Shown: positions 31,438 to 41,982, counted from the stretch's first letter. The stretch: DNA of 64,000 bases from Cyanophyceae cyanobacterium (GCA_038321985.1 JBBQFN010000022.1:1-64000); one strand, 5' to 3'. Made by a program: numbers and translations. Notes: a model not told the origin generated them from the sequence alone.

Positions 31438-32191
31438 GGCACCTTTTTGGGATAGCAGCTTGGTAGAACGTCAGCTTTAGAGCTTTTTGGGGGAGATGTC
31501 AAGGGGACAAGGGGGCATCGGTGGGGGTCAGAGGCAAGTGCCTCTACTAAAACAGTATGGCGCAGCGAGTTTCAACTTATGGTGTGGTTTGAATGCTGTG
31601 CCGATCTCTATTTATATCCGATCTCGCAAGAGTGGCAGATTTATTGGCAGTATCAGCACCGCTTGGGGTGGGGACGCTTGCGGAAAAGCGCTTTTCTCGG
31701 TGGGTTTGATAAAAATGCGATCGCCCCCATGCTTGCTACCCGTATGCACCATTAAGAACAAGCTCCTTAAACTGACCCTAGCATAAGTGGACGGAACTGG
31801 GGATGAAAAACCCGGGTGAGTGGATCAAGGGTGACTCTACTCTGGCGTCTTCAGGGATGCAGCAGCAGACCTAGGGACCCGCTAGATGGGTTCGGGGAAT
31901 CGGTGCTTTTCCTGTTTTACCCGGATGAAACAAGATTCAATTAACCTGGACAGTAGGGATAAATCTAGGTCTGAGAATCGAATTAGAAGTCAGAAACCGG
32001 AACCCGAAACATTGAGAGGGATTGAGGGTAAAAACTGGTGCTAAATTGTCTATTCCCCTAAGCCAATTGACTAACATCAAGCCGCTGCAACTTTTAAAAG
32101 TGTTTGCACTGATATTGGACAACCCCAAGCCAAAATTTATTACTTTCTCAATATTTGGGATAACCCACTCGAATCGATGGGTCTATCAACC

Positions 32192-32359
32192 CTAGCCCTG
32201 TCAAGGTGTATTTATTTGTAGGGGCGCTTCTTTAAGCGCCTCTACAAGAAACAATGATTTTTCGTCATCAAATTTACCTCCTGGACAGGCGATTACTCTC
32301 GCGCCCCTACAAAAAACAACGATTTTTCGTCATTAAATTTACCACCTTGACAGGGCTAG
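32192..32359. mobile_element. 168-bp MITE forming the left end of the composite element
   Basis: Internal copy of the right TIR at 32343-32359; internal REP-like hairpin; duplicated about 60-bp right subterminal segment. Confidence 0.75.
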
Positions 32360-32488
32360 GGCTAGAGCACTCCAAGTGAACACGGTTTTGTCAACTACAA
32401 TTTATACAGAATAAGTATGATTGCCCTGCCATACTTATTCATCCAGGGAACCCTGTAAACCTAATATTGGAGGAAGTGCCGAAGAAAG

Positions 32489-32845
32489 ATGAAAACAGAA
32501 TCAAGGATTTTTTCGGTTGCAGAATATATTCGCCCGTCTGACGACGAACCGATTCGTTCAGTGGTTCTCGAAACCAAAGACTCTGCCGTTGTTGTTTGGT
32601 ATGCCCATCCTGGGCAAGAAATAGCCCCTCATGTCCATCCTCATGGCCAAGATACTTGGACGGTTATCGCGGGTGAGGCCGAGTATTACCAAGGTGATGG
32701 CATAGTCACTCGTCTTAATGCTGGAGATATTACCATAGCAAAACCTGGGCAAGTGCATGGTGCAATAAACTCCGGCCCCGTACCTTTCATTTTTGTTTCA
32801 GTAGTTTCACCGGGCAATGCCGGATTTGCGTTGGCTGAGAAGTAG
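32489..32845 (+). CDS. Cupin-domain protein
   Basis: PGQEIAPHVHPHGQDTW and PGQVHGA cupin motifs; GGAGG upstream. Confidence 0.9.
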   Translation: MKTESRIFSVAEYIRPSDDEPIRSVVLETKDSAVVVWYAHPGQEIAPHVHPHGQDTWTVIAGEAEYYQGDGIVTRLNAGDITIAKPGQVHGAINSGPVPFIFVSVVSPGNAGFALAEK

Positions 32846-32860
32846 ACATTCACCCGATAG

Positions 32861-33007
32861 GGCACTGGTCTGGTAAGCGATGAAGTGTAAAATGGTTTGT
32901 AGTGCAATTACCCCAAAGCTATGGATTGTCCTCACTGTCAGAGCCACCAGGCCAGTAAACTGTCGCCAACTCGGAGGAGGCGGCAATTTCTCAATCCCAT
33001 CGGGTGA
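32861..33007 (+). pseudogene. IS6-like left end plus truncated zinc-finger transposase start
   Basis: GGCACTG-type terminus at 32861; ATG 32921 gives MDCPHCQS..., stopping after 28 aa. Confidence 0.4.
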
Positions 33008-33194
33008 CGATTTCCTTGAAAGATTGGCTAAAGTTTCTAAAGCAACCCAGAGGTCCCAAGAAGAAAAAAGGACCTCCCATTTATGATCCTAAACATCCCC
33101 ACCTGTCCACTTTTCGACTTTTACACCCCTCTCACAATTCACCTTGACAGGGCTAGTCTATCAACCCGGATAGACGCGAGTAACCAATCGCTTC

Positions 33195-33304
33195 GGGAGC
33201 ATCTCAATTTTGCCTAAAAACCAGTCTGAATCTCTTTCTCCCCCTTCCCTCGTAGGGAAGGGGGCACCGGCGGTTAGGTCTCTTGAACAAATTGAGATGC
33301 TCCC
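33195..33304. mobile_element. 110-bp MITE with 8-bp target site duplication
   Basis: TIR GGGAGCATCTCAATTT / AAATTGAGATGCTCCC; ATCGCTTC repeated at 33187-33194 and 33305-33312; internal CCCCCTTCCCT-cgt-AGGGAAGGGGG hairpin. Confidence 0.85.
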
Positions 33305-33594
33305 ATCGCTTCAATTCCTGCGGATACCCTTTAAAATACAATCAACGAGGGAGGTAATTTCCGGGGTGGGTGGAAAAATAGAACCCAATAAATTTGCACA
33401 GAAAGTTTCCAGGGGCGATCGCCGCTGAAAACTTTCTGTATATATACTCTCTCACATATCCCCAGTTTGGGAAAATAGCGGTAAAATATAATAGCCTCAG
33501 AAATTTTTGAATCTCACTTCTGAAAAGGAAATCGATAAGGTGCTGATTGAAGGATGACGATCGCTATTTGCTATCCCCTCTCTTGCCCGACTCT

Positions 33595-34110
33595 TTAGCG
33601 ATTGGCAAATTCCGGACAGTAATAATTAGTTGCCAGGGAAATCGTTAAATCGCGATCGGCGATAAATTCCTCTTGTTTTTGAGGGTCGGCAATTTCTACC
33701 GCTTCCACACGAGTTCTTAATCTCCATTCAGGTATTGAAATCCCTTCTTTTGCTTCTTGGCAAATTGTTTGTGCCGTTTTAATCTTCTGTTGTGGAACTC
33801 GGCGGATTTCTCGTAACAAAAAATCTTTGAGCGGTGGCTCATATTCATTTGCAGCTTGAGTATAGGCTTCAATGAATTCCTGGGCTTTCAGTTGTTCTGG
33901 GGTTAGAACTGGCCTTCTGTCTTCAGTGTCACACAAACTGCTGAGGTTGACTAATTCTCCTGAAGCGTTAACCATAAAGCATCCCTCATGTTCTTGAGCG
34001 ATCGCCAGGGGGAGAGGGATTGGTAAAAATTGAAGAATAACCGCAGATAAAGCTGCAATTCCATAAAATTGGCTTGCCATAAAATTTGACTGATAATTTA
34101 AAGTTGACAT
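33595..34110 (-). CDS. Hypothetical secreted protein
   Basis: Signal-like N-terminus, CFMVNASGELVNLSSLC motif, C-terminal YYCP. Confidence 0.7.
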   Translation of the reverse strand: MSTLNYQSNFMASQFYGIAALSAVILQFLPIPLPLAIAQEHEGCFMVNASGELVNLSSLCDTEDRRPVLTPEQLKAQEFIEAYTQAANEYEPPLKDFLLREIRRVPQQKIKTAQTICQEAKEGISIPEWRLRTRVEAVEIADPQKQEEFIADRDLTISLATNYYCPEFANR

Positions 34111-34722
34111 TATATCCTAATATCCAGCCTCCATTAAAAAATTTTAATATTTCGCAATCATTTAAGCTGTTCCTAGAAGTTACAGATAGCGAGCGCGAGC
34201 TTTAAAAACCCGATTCGCGCTATCGGTAATTCTCCTCATAAGGAATACCGCTCATCCCCCAAGCCCAGGCAAATAACTTAATTATGTGGCAACGATTATA
34301 GCACCTCAATAAGTGGCTCCCTAGGTTGCAGGATGAGGATAATTTCAATGGGGAAGATTGCAGCGTATCGAGTGCTTCCACGGTACGTCTATCTCATTTT
34401 TCTGTGAATTGTAAAAATAAAAATTCATAAGTTGCACTCAAAGCTGATAAAGTTTGATAAGGTTTAAAAATGCCTATAGGGGGGAATTCGGATAGTAAGC
34501 TGGGATTAATGCCCTACCTACATCTTCGAGGACTACAAGGCAGAAGTTGCAAGATTAACCACCTTGAAACTTTACCTATCTAGGGTCAAAAAAAATGGGC
34601 CCTTAATACCACCAATACTACAACTCAATAGACCTTCACTGAAAGGTTTGGAGAAAGTAAAACCCAGTCGGGGGTTACAATTCTCCCTTTTTTCATAACC
34701 AAAACCTCAATCGGTAACTGCA

Positions 34723-35937
34723 ATGAACTTTAAAAAAATAGCTCGAATGAGCATACTCGCCGTAGAGTTGCTGATGATTTCCCTACTGAATCCGGGAACC
34801 ATAGGAGCTTCAGATCATGACGACGGTGAGGGAGGGGTGATTAGCGGTCCTCTGGGTTTAACGGACTTGTATGTCTTCCGCGAAGTGGATCAAAACCCTG
34901 CGGCTTCACCAGATGACTTGATCTTTGTGATGAATACCAACCCGCGATCGCTGCCTCGGCAACCTTATTACTTCAGCTCCGACGCGGTTTACGATTTCAA
35001 TATAACTCGGGTGGCAAATAAGGATGAAGCTCCCACAGGGAAAGCAAATTTGATCCTCCGGTTTACCTTTAGCGAACCGAATGCCCAGGGCGTGCAAACC
35101 ATGAACGTAACCGCCATTCAAAATGGCGCTGAGGTGGGGACAACTGCCACGACAAACGGGGGGCCCGTCGTAACAACGCCGTTGAATAGTCCGCCAATGC
35201 TGAATCCAGTCTCTGTGGGGGGTTCTAACCTGACGGTGTTTGCAGGCTTGCGGGAAGACCCCTTTTTCTTGGATGTGGAGCAATTTTTCAGGGTGCGAGC
35301 AGGAGCCTTAGGGAGTGGCCCACCGGCGACTTTCCGTCCCCCCGCAGAAGCGACGGATTTTACGAAAGGCTACAACGTGAATTCGATCGTAGTTCGGGTT
35401 CCTAAAGCGTTCTTGCAGCTATCAACTCCGGTGAATGTTTTTGATGTGTGGATGACCGTCTCGATGAGGGATGCAACGGGGAATTTCCAACAGGTTGAGC
35501 GGTTGGGACGACCATTAATCAACGAAGGTTTGATTGTGACGCCCGCGTTCTTAAACGCCTTTAACGCGATTCCGCCCTTTCTGGATTTGAGCGACGCCGC
35601 AGCACCGGTGCGGGCTGAGGCAGTGGCAACGCTTAATGCGTTGGATCTGGCGGATGGGCAGGATAATGTGGATCCAAACGCGATCGCAATGGCTTTTCTC
35701 CCGGATGCGATGCGGATCGACACGACGGTGCCCAGTGGCTATGCGAACGCTTTTAATGCCCTCGGCAGCCCGATCGCTGGTCGTAAGATCATGGACGATG
35801 TGGTAGACATTACACTCGGCGTGCTCGTGGGAGCCGAGGTTAGCGATAACGTCACCTACGAAGGCGTTCCAGGCAACCCCGCCCAAGGACATAAGCCGCT
35901 AGAACCGTCCTTTCCATACTTGGCTTTACCGAATTAG
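34723..35937 (+). CDS. DUF4331-family secreted protein
   Basis: Signal peptide then ASDH; TDLYVF, VFAGLREDPFF, QVERLGRP.INE, GR...DDVVD, FPYLA.P. Confidence 0.88.
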   Translation: MNFKKIARMSILAVELLMISLLNPGTIGASDHDDGEGGVISGPLGLTDLYVFREVDQNPAASPDDLIFVMNTNPRSLPRQPYYFSSDAVYDFNITRVANKDEAPTGKANLILRFTFSEPNAQGVQTMNVTAIQNGAEVGTTATTNGGPVVTTPLNSPPMLNPVSVGGSNLTVFAGLREDPFFLDVEQFFRVRAGALGSGPPATFRPPAEATDFTKGYNVNSIVVRVPKAFLQLSTPVNVFDVWMTVSMRDATGNFQQVERLGRPLINEGLIVTPAFLNAFNAIPPFLDLSDAAAPVRAEAVATLNALDLADGQDNVDPNAIAMAFLPDAMRIDTTVPSGYANAFNALGSPIAGRKIMDDVVDITLGVLVGAEVSDNVTYEGVPGNPAQGHKPLEPSFPYLALPN

Positions 35938-35954
35938 TCATGGGCTATTGGCAA

Positions 35955-36047
35955 CAGGACTTACGCATTACCTTAATCCGTTGTAGGGGGAATTTATTAA
36001 ATGCACGGATCATCTCCGCTCACATCCCCCAAAAGGCGTAAGTCCGA
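35955..36047. mobile_element. Degenerate MITE with CAGGACTTACGC termini
   Basis: CAGGACTTACGC ... GCGTAAGTCCG inverted ends; no clean target duplication seen. Confidence 0.55.
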
Positions 36048-36089
36048 GGCCATAAATTGTTTTATTGGGACATCGTGAGCCATTAACCC

Positions 36090-37505
36090 ATGACAACTGA
36101 GAAAGCACAAAGAATAAAAACGGGAATGTTCTGGTGGGTGCTGCTGATCACATTGCCAGCAGTGGCGATCGCTATGACAAGCCTACCCCAGGAACTGAGG
36201 AGGTTTCCCGACAGTTTTTCCTCGTCCCATTCCCCAGCCGGACTCGATCCAGACTACCGCTATCGCTTTTCCCAATTGTTGGGGAACACTCTCACACCTA
36301 AGCTGATGGCAGAGCAAGAGATTGCTTTCTATCAGGAACGGCTAGGACAGGACCCCGAAAGCGGTCTGAACCGGGCTTTTTTGGCACAAGCGTATTTAAA
36401 AATGGCTCAGGCCACAAGTGAGGGGAGTTGGTATCTACTGGCTGAAGGGGCAGCGCGGCGATCTCTGGCTTCTTTGCCCTTTGACAATACCAGTGCCCAA
36501 CTCGTACTCGCCCGAATAGCAGAAGCCCAGCATGATTTCCCAGCAGCCCTGCGCCTTGCTGAACAAGTCGGTTTTACCAATAGGGATGCCCTGGCAGTCG
36601 CCGTGACGACAAATTTGGCGATGGGTAATGTAGAGGCAGCTGACCGCGCTGCGGAGGAGCTAGTGGCTCTCGGGAGCAGCCTGGGAACCTTGAATCTGCG
36701 GGCGCTGGTGCGGGTGGCCCAGGGTTTGGATGCCGAAGCGATCGCCGATTTTGAGGGCGCGCTGGCTGTGGAAGAACCCGGGCAATTGAGCGGTTCTGCT
36801 AAAACCCGGACGCTTCTGGGGCGTTTTTACTCGCAACGGGGGCAACTGCAACAGGCAGAGGCCCTGTATCTGGAAGCGTTACGCCTAGTCCCGCGATACC
36901 CCCTGGCTTTGGTACTACTGGCTGAATTAAAGACCAGGCAGGGACAGTATCGGCAGGGTCAAGAGTATTACGATCTAGCGATCGCTGACTCGGAAAATAC
37001 GGCCACACTGTTCGATCATCGGATCGCTCACGGGATGGCTCGTCTTAAGAGTTTGCAAGGGGACGAGGTTGAGGCCAAATCCTGGCTCGAAAAAGCTGAA
37101 ACCCTGTTACGAGCTAGTATGCCGAAAGATGGAAGTGGCAGCTTCGGACATCGCGGGGAACTGGCAGCTTTACTGCTAGATCGCGGCGGTGAGGAAGATG
37201 TGGCGGAAGCTCTGGATCTGATGCAAGCTGAGGTGAAGATCCGCCGTGATTCTCCAACCCTGATGATTCTGGCCTCGGCACTCCTGCGTTCGGGCAAACC
37301 GACAGAAGCTCAAAAGGCGATCGCAATTGCGATGCAATCGGGAATCCGGGATGCGGGGATTTTTTACCGCGCCGGGGAGATCGAGAAGGCTTTGGGGAAC
37401 GAGACGACGGCGAGGGCGTACTTTCAACAGGCAAGCCAGACTGATCCCACGTTCGACGCACAGGCTCGACAAATGTTGGGTCTGAATATGGAATTTTCTG
37501 ATTAA
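36090..37505 (+). CDS. Tetratricopeptide repeat protein with N-terminal TM/signal
   Basis: Ala/Leu-rich TPR-like helices (LGRFY...AEALYLEAL, FYRAGEIEKALG...A..YFQQA). Confidence 0.85.
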   Translation: MTTEKAQRIKTGMFWWVLLITLPAVAIAMTSLPQELRRFPDSFSSSHSPAGLDPDYRYRFSQLLGNTLTPKLMAEQEIAFYQERLGQDPESGLNRAFLAQAYLKMAQATSEGSWYLLAEGAARRSLASLPFDNTSAQLVLARIAEAQHDFPAALRLAEQVGFTNRDALAVAVTTNLAMGNVEAADRAAEELVALGSSLGTLNLRALVRVAQGLDAEAIADFEGALAVEEPGQLSGSAKTRTLLGRFYSQRGQLQQAEALYLEALRLVPRYPLALVLLAELKTRQGQYRQGQEYYDLAIADSENTATLFDHRIAHGMARLKSLQGDEVEAKSWLEKAETLLRASMPKDGSGSFGHRGELAALLLDRGGEEDVAEALDLMQAEVKIRRDSPTLMILASALLRSGKPTEAQKAIAIAMQSGIRDAGIFYRAGEIEKALGNETTARAYFQQASQTDPTFDAQARQMLGLNMEFSD

Positions 37506-37508
37506 GGG

Positions 37509-38936
37509 GTGGTGATGAACAAACAGCAACTCAAATCCATCCTATTGGCGATCGGGACCTTCGGTGCCTCACTTTTGCTCTCTTTAATTTTCGCGACCCC
37601 CAGCCAGTCTCATTGGGCGGATCTGGCAGTGGCGGAGATTGCGGTCAGTGAGATGGAAACTCAAGTCAATCTCACTTTTCCCACTGGGTTGGTGGCTTTC
37701 GCCGATCGCAATCAAGATGGCCAGCTTTCAGCCGAAGAAGTCCGCAGCCAGTCAATCTCACTTGAGAAGTTTTTAAGTGAGCGAATTCAGATCTCGGACA
37801 GCGAAGATCTCCAAGGGATTTTAACCATCAGACCCTTAGAAACCGCTGCTATCCCTTCCCTGCAAATCCCCGCCTCCACCCACAGCACATTACTGCTGAG
37901 TTACAGTTGGCCTCAACCCGTGCAGGGTTTGCAGATAGAGTACGACTTATTTGTACCCGATGTGGCAACAGCCAGTTGTCAGGCGACGATTTTGTATCAG
38001 GGGAGAATGCAGACGTTTGTGTTCACGCCGAAAAACAAAGTCTTTTCCCTAGGGAATGGGGGGTCGGCATGGCTGGGAGCGCGGAATTTGTTGTGGGCGC
38101 TCGCCGGTTCTTTCGTCTGGGGTGCTATGCATTCGATGTCTCCCGGACATGGAAAAACCATTGTCGGTGCCTATTTGGTGGGGTCGCGTGCCACGTTCAA
38201 ACACGCTTTGTTCTTGGCAATGACCACGACGATCGCGCACACGGCTGGAGTCTTTGCTTTGGGGTTGGTGACGCTGTTCGCCTCTCGCGGGATAGTAACC
38301 GATGAGCTGTACCCCTGGCTGAACTTGTTGTCGGGTTTAGTTGTGGTGGCGATCGGCGTGAACTTATGTCGCCACCGCATTCGCGAGGCATGGCCGAAAT
38401 TCAAAAAAGCTGGCGGTCCCAGAGCCTCCGCCACGGTGGATCTGTTGAGTCGGGGATCCTGGCAACGTACTTTGGCTGTGGAGCCTTCAGGCGTAGGCGC
38501 TCACTCTATTCACCCCCACGAGCACCATCACGGGCACCACCACGAGCACGATCACCATCACGGCGATGGCGCTCACTCCCACTTACCCCCTGGAGCAGAC
38601 GGTTCGCCGGTGACTTGGAAGAGCCTACTGGCACTGGGACTCTCCAGCGGTCTTTTACCTTGTCCTTCTGCCTTGGTGCTGCTGCTGAGTGCTACGGCCC
38701 TGGGTAGTATTGGCTTTGGGCTGACTCTGGTGCTGTCATTCAGTTTGGGATTGGCCCTGGTGCTGACGGCAGTCGGGTTTTCTCTGGTGTACGCCCGAGG
38801 GTTTTTTGATCGCCTACCCAAACAGATAGGAGTGGTGAAATGCTTGCCTGCCGTGAGTGCGGCGATCGTAGTGGTCCTGGGGATCATGATCGCCGGGCGA
38901 TCGGCAATGCAAATCTGGCCGAGCGGGTTCAATTAA
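37509..38936 (+). CDS. Nickel/cobalt transporter (RcnA/NicO-like) fused to an N-terminal extracytoplasmic domain
   Basis: GAMHSMSPGHGKT, His-rich loop HPHEHHHGHHHEHDHHH, GLLPCPSAL motifs. Confidence 0.88.
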   Translation: MVMNKQQLKSILLAIGTFGASLLLSLIFATPSQSHWADLAVAEIAVSEMETQVNLTFPTGLVAFADRNQDGQLSAEEVRSQSISLEKFLSERIQISDSEDLQGILTIRPLETAAIPSLQIPASTHSTLLLSYSWPQPVQGLQIEYDLFVPDVATASCQATILYQGRMQTFVFTPKNKVFSLGNGGSAWLGARNLLWALAGSFVWGAMHSMSPGHGKTIVGAYLVGSRATFKHALFLAMTTTIAHTAGVFALGLVTLFASRGIVTDELYPWLNLLSGLVVVAIGVNLCRHRIREAWPKFKKAGGPRASATVDLLSRGSWQRTLAVEPSGVGAHSIHPHEHHHGHHHEHDHHHGDGAHSHLPPGADGSPVTWKSLLALGLSSGLLPCPSALVLLLSATALGSIGFGLTLVLSFSLGLALVLTAVGFSLVYARGFFDRLPKQIGVVKCLPAVSAAIVVVLGIMIAGRSAMQIWPSGFN

Positions 38937-38958
38937 AAAGGCGATCAATGTTGAGTTC

Positions 38959-39066
38959 TATAGCATTTCTCGATGGATTGAGGTACGAAATGGGGTATGG
39001 ATTCGGTTCTTAGGCATCGAATTACGGGTCTTGATGATGTACCTCACCCCGCTGGAAAAGGCTATA
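38959..39066. mobile_element. IS630-type MITE (TATAGC...GCTATA)
   Basis: TATAGCATTTCTC..TGAGGTAC ... GTACCTCA..GAAAAGGCTATA imperfect inverted ends with TA. Confidence 0.6.
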
Positions 39067-39207
39067 TATGTTCATTGGGTTCCAAAAGTCCCAGACGGGA
39101 TGAGCAATTCATGAATTGCTCATCTCGCAATGATTGAGGCTAGATCTAGCCATGACTCTCTTAGAATTAACCGACTAAAAGCAAATTATTTGTGTTGGAG
39201 AATAAAC

Positions 39208-40092
39208 ATGACTGTTGACCTATTCAATCCGAGTTTCTATAGCCTCATCAATCCAGATTTGGCAGCAGCGGGATTAACGAGCAACGAGCAACTATTAGCT
39301 CATTTCCAAAGCGTAGGCATAGAGGAAGGACGGCAATTTTCACCCCTAGTTAATCTCAACTCAATTTACCGGCAGGGAAATTCTGATTTAGCAGCCGCCG
39401 GCTTAACCAGCAATCGGGAATTGCTCAATCACCTGCAAACTTTTGGCATTGCAGAGGGGCGAGATTTTTCCGCTGTTTTCGATACCGATTTTTATCGAGA
39501 GAACAATGCAGACTTGCTGGCAGCGGGTCTAAATGGCGAGGGATTGCTTGAACATTTTAGAACGTTTGGCATTTCTGAAGGACGAGCCGCCTCTGCTAAT
39601 TTTGATGTGAATTTCTATCTGACGACTAACAGTGATTTACAAGCTGCGGGATTTAACAATGAGCAGGCATTGTTCCATTTCGTTACTTCGGGTTTGGCAG
39701 AAGGACGCAGAGGCAGCGCTTTTGGCGTCCCCTCCAACGATTTGAATACCGCAGTAGATTTGGGCAACCTGACAGGCACTCAAGGGGTGAGTGATTTTGT
39801 GGGGAATGCCGACCCCGCTGATATCTATCGGTTCGTCCTCGGGACCCCAAGCAATTTGCGAGTAAACCTAAGTGGACTCAGTGCAGATGCGGATGTGGAT
39901 CTGATCCAGGATTTCGCGGGCAATGGGGCGATCGATTTCGGAGATATTATTGAAGCGTCCCTTAATGGAGGGACAACACCCGAAGCGATCGCGATCGATA
40001 ATTTGGCGGCAGGTACTTATTTTGTCCGTGTCTTTCCAGCGGAAAATATGGGAGGCGAGACCAACTATAACCTCAACTTGTCCCTAGCATAG
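39208..40092 (+). CDS. Surface-type protein with Y...N.DL.AAG repeats and C-terminal PPC-like domain
   Basis: Four approximately 42-aa repeats (FY..N.DLAAAG....L..HF...G..EGR); DIYRF...LSGLSADADVDL...GTYFVRV...NYNL. Confidence 0.8.
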   Translation: MTVDLFNPSFYSLINPDLAAAGLTSNEQLLAHFQSVGIEEGRQFSPLVNLNSIYRQGNSDLAAAGLTSNRELLNHLQTFGIAEGRDFSAVFDTDFYRENNADLLAAGLNGEGLLEHFRTFGISEGRAASANFDVNFYLTTNSDLQAAGFNNEQALFHFVTSGLAEGRRGSAFGVPSNDLNTAVDLGNLTGTQGVSDFVGNADPADIYRFVLGTPSNLRVNLSGLSADADVDLIQDFAGNGAIDFGDIIEASLNGGTTPEAIAIDNLAAGTYFVRVFPAENMGGETNYNLNLSLA

Positions 40093-40404
40093 TTAGGATA
40101 ATAGGTTGCGATCGCCCCATCGGAGGGTGGGTTTTAGCCGGCCCTCCAGACTCCGGATTTACTTTGATCCGGGGTAGGGAGGATTGGCTGACTTACCTCT
40201 ATATTTAGGATTTGAGCTGAAAATTGGCCTAAGTCTCTATCCTGATGAACTGGCGTAACTAGCACCTCCTCCCCGCAGAATTGGCGGCAGATAGGGGGCA
40301 TCGGGCAGATATCAAGGTAAGATGCAAGATGTACAGAATTTCTAATGCACTGACTGCACCGGATTGATGCTAATTGGTTGTATTGTACCTGCCGATAATT
40401 TGCT

Positions 40405-41982
40405 ATGAACTTTGCTAGTCTTGTCGCCCAGCTAAATACTGGAATAATTTTGCCAGAGGTGATTGTGATCGTCACCCTCCTGGTGGTCCTAGTTTATGAC
40501 CTGATCGTGGGACGGGAGTCGCTGAAAGTAACCCCCTACATGGCGATCGCCGGTCTACTGGCGTCCCTCGTGGCTCTAGTGTATCAATGGGGGGCCAGTA
40601 ACCCGATTTCCTTCCTCGGTGGGTTCAATGGTGACTCCCTTAGTGTCATCTTTCGCGGGATTATCGCCCTGTCTGCTTTGGTGACTGTTTTGATGTCGAT
40701 CCGCTATGTGGAACAGTCTGGCACCGCCATGGGCGAATTTCTGATGATTTTACTCACTGCCACCCTAGGGGGTATGTTCCTCTCGGGCGCGGATGAGTTG
40801 GTGATGATTTTTGTCTCCCTAGAAACCTTGAGTATTTCATCGTATCTGCTCACAGGTTACATGAAGCTGGATCCTCGTTCCAATGAGGCAGCTTTAAAAT
40901 ATCTGCTCATTGGCGCTGCGTCTTCGGCAGTGTTTCTGTATGGGATGTCCTTGCTGTACGGGCTTTCTGGAGGAGAAACCCGCTTAAGTGCGATCGCTGA
41001 TGGTATGGCGGCTTCGGGTACGGGCCCCTCGATTGGTCTGGTAATTGCTCTGGTGTTTGTGGTTGCCGGTATCTCTTTTAAAATCTCCGCTGTTCCCTTC
41101 CACCAGTGGACCCCGGACGTTTACGAAGGCTCTCCGACTCCCGTTGTTGCCTTCCTCTCCGTCGGTTCTAAAGCAGCAGGGTTTGCTCTCGCTATCCGTT
41201 TGCTGACGACGGCTTTCCCCCTCGTGGAGGAACAGTGGCACTTCGTTTTTACCGCCCTTGCCATCCTGAGTATGGTCCTGGGTAATGTGGTAGCTCTAGC
41301 TCAAACCAGTCTCAAACGGATGCTTGCCTATTCCTCCATCGGGCAAGCTGGATTTGTAATGATTGGTTTGATTGCCAATACCGATGCCGGATATGCCAGC
41401 ATGATCTTTTACTTGCTGGTTTATTTGTTTATGAACCTGGGCGCATTCACCTGTCTGATTCTCTTCACCCTGCGGACGGGAACGGATCAAATTAGCGAAT
41501 ATGCCGGTTTATATCAAAAAGACCCCTTACTAACCTTGGGGTTAAGTATTTGTCTGCTTTCTCTCGGTGGCATTCCTCCCCTGGCTGGTTTCTTCGGAAA
41601 GATTTATCTGTTCTGGGCCGGTTGGCAAGCGGGTCTTTATGGCTTGGTTTTGCTGGGTTTATTGATGAGTGTGGTTTCGATTTACTACTACATCCGCGTC
41701 GTCAAGATGATGGTAGTCAAGGAACCCCAGGAAATGTCCGAGGCAGTCAAAAATTATCCAGAAATCCGGTGGGATTTACGCGGAATGCGACCGTTACAAG
41801 TGGGTTTAATCCTGACAGTGATCGCGACTTCTCTAGCGGGAATTCTGTCTAATCCTCTGTTTACTTTGGCGAATAATTCCGTGACTCGAACCTCAATGTT
41901 GCAAGCCTCTATGGGAAAACCTATCCCGGTCGCTACATTAACCAGTCCGGCGGAATTGGAGCGTTCCCAAACCCCTGAATAA
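40405..41982 (+). CDS. ndhB: NAD(P)H-quinone oxidoreductase subunit 2
   Basis: [53 protein letters not shown]. Confidence 0.98.
   Translation: MNFASLVAQLNTGIILPEVIVIVTLLVVLVYDLIVGRESLKVTPYMAIAGLLASLVALVYQWGASNPISFLGGFNGDSLSVIFRGIIALSALVTVLMSIRYVEQSGTAMGEFLMILLTATLGGMFLSGADELVMIFVSLETLSISSYLLTGYMKLDPRSNEAALKYLLIGAASSAVFLYGMSLLYGLSGGETRLSAIADGMAASGTGPSIGLVIALVFVVAGISFKISAVPFHQWTPDVYEGSPTPVVAFLSVGSKAAGFALAIRLLTTAFPLVEEQWHFVFTALAILSMVLGNVVALAQTSLKRMLAYSSIGQAGFVMIGLIANTDAGYASMIFYLLVYLFMNLGAFTCLILFTLRTGTDQISEYAGLYQKDPLLTLGLSICLLSLGGIPPLAGFFGKIYLFWAGWQAGLYGLVLLGLLMSVVSIYYYIRVVKMMVVKEPQEMSEAVKNYPEIRWDLRGMRPLQVGLILTVIATSLAGILSNPLFTLANNSVTRTSMLQASMGKPIPVATLTSPAELERSQTPE

Larger units (their letters stand above)
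32192..33156. mobile_element. Non-autonomous composite element (MITE ends) carrying a cupin gene
   Basis: TIR CTAGCCCTGTCAAGGTG (32192-32208) and CACCTTGACAGGGCTAG (33140-33156); 10-bp direct repeat TCTATCAACC at 32182-32191 and 33157-33166. Confidence 0.85.

Noticed and set aside
32880..33086. 68-aa ORF after the cupin
   Set aside because: It overlaps the IS6-like remnant in another frame and has no RBS or motif.
33210..33428. 72-aa ORF
   Set aside because: It starts inside the 110-bp MITE; a repeat-derived spurious frame.
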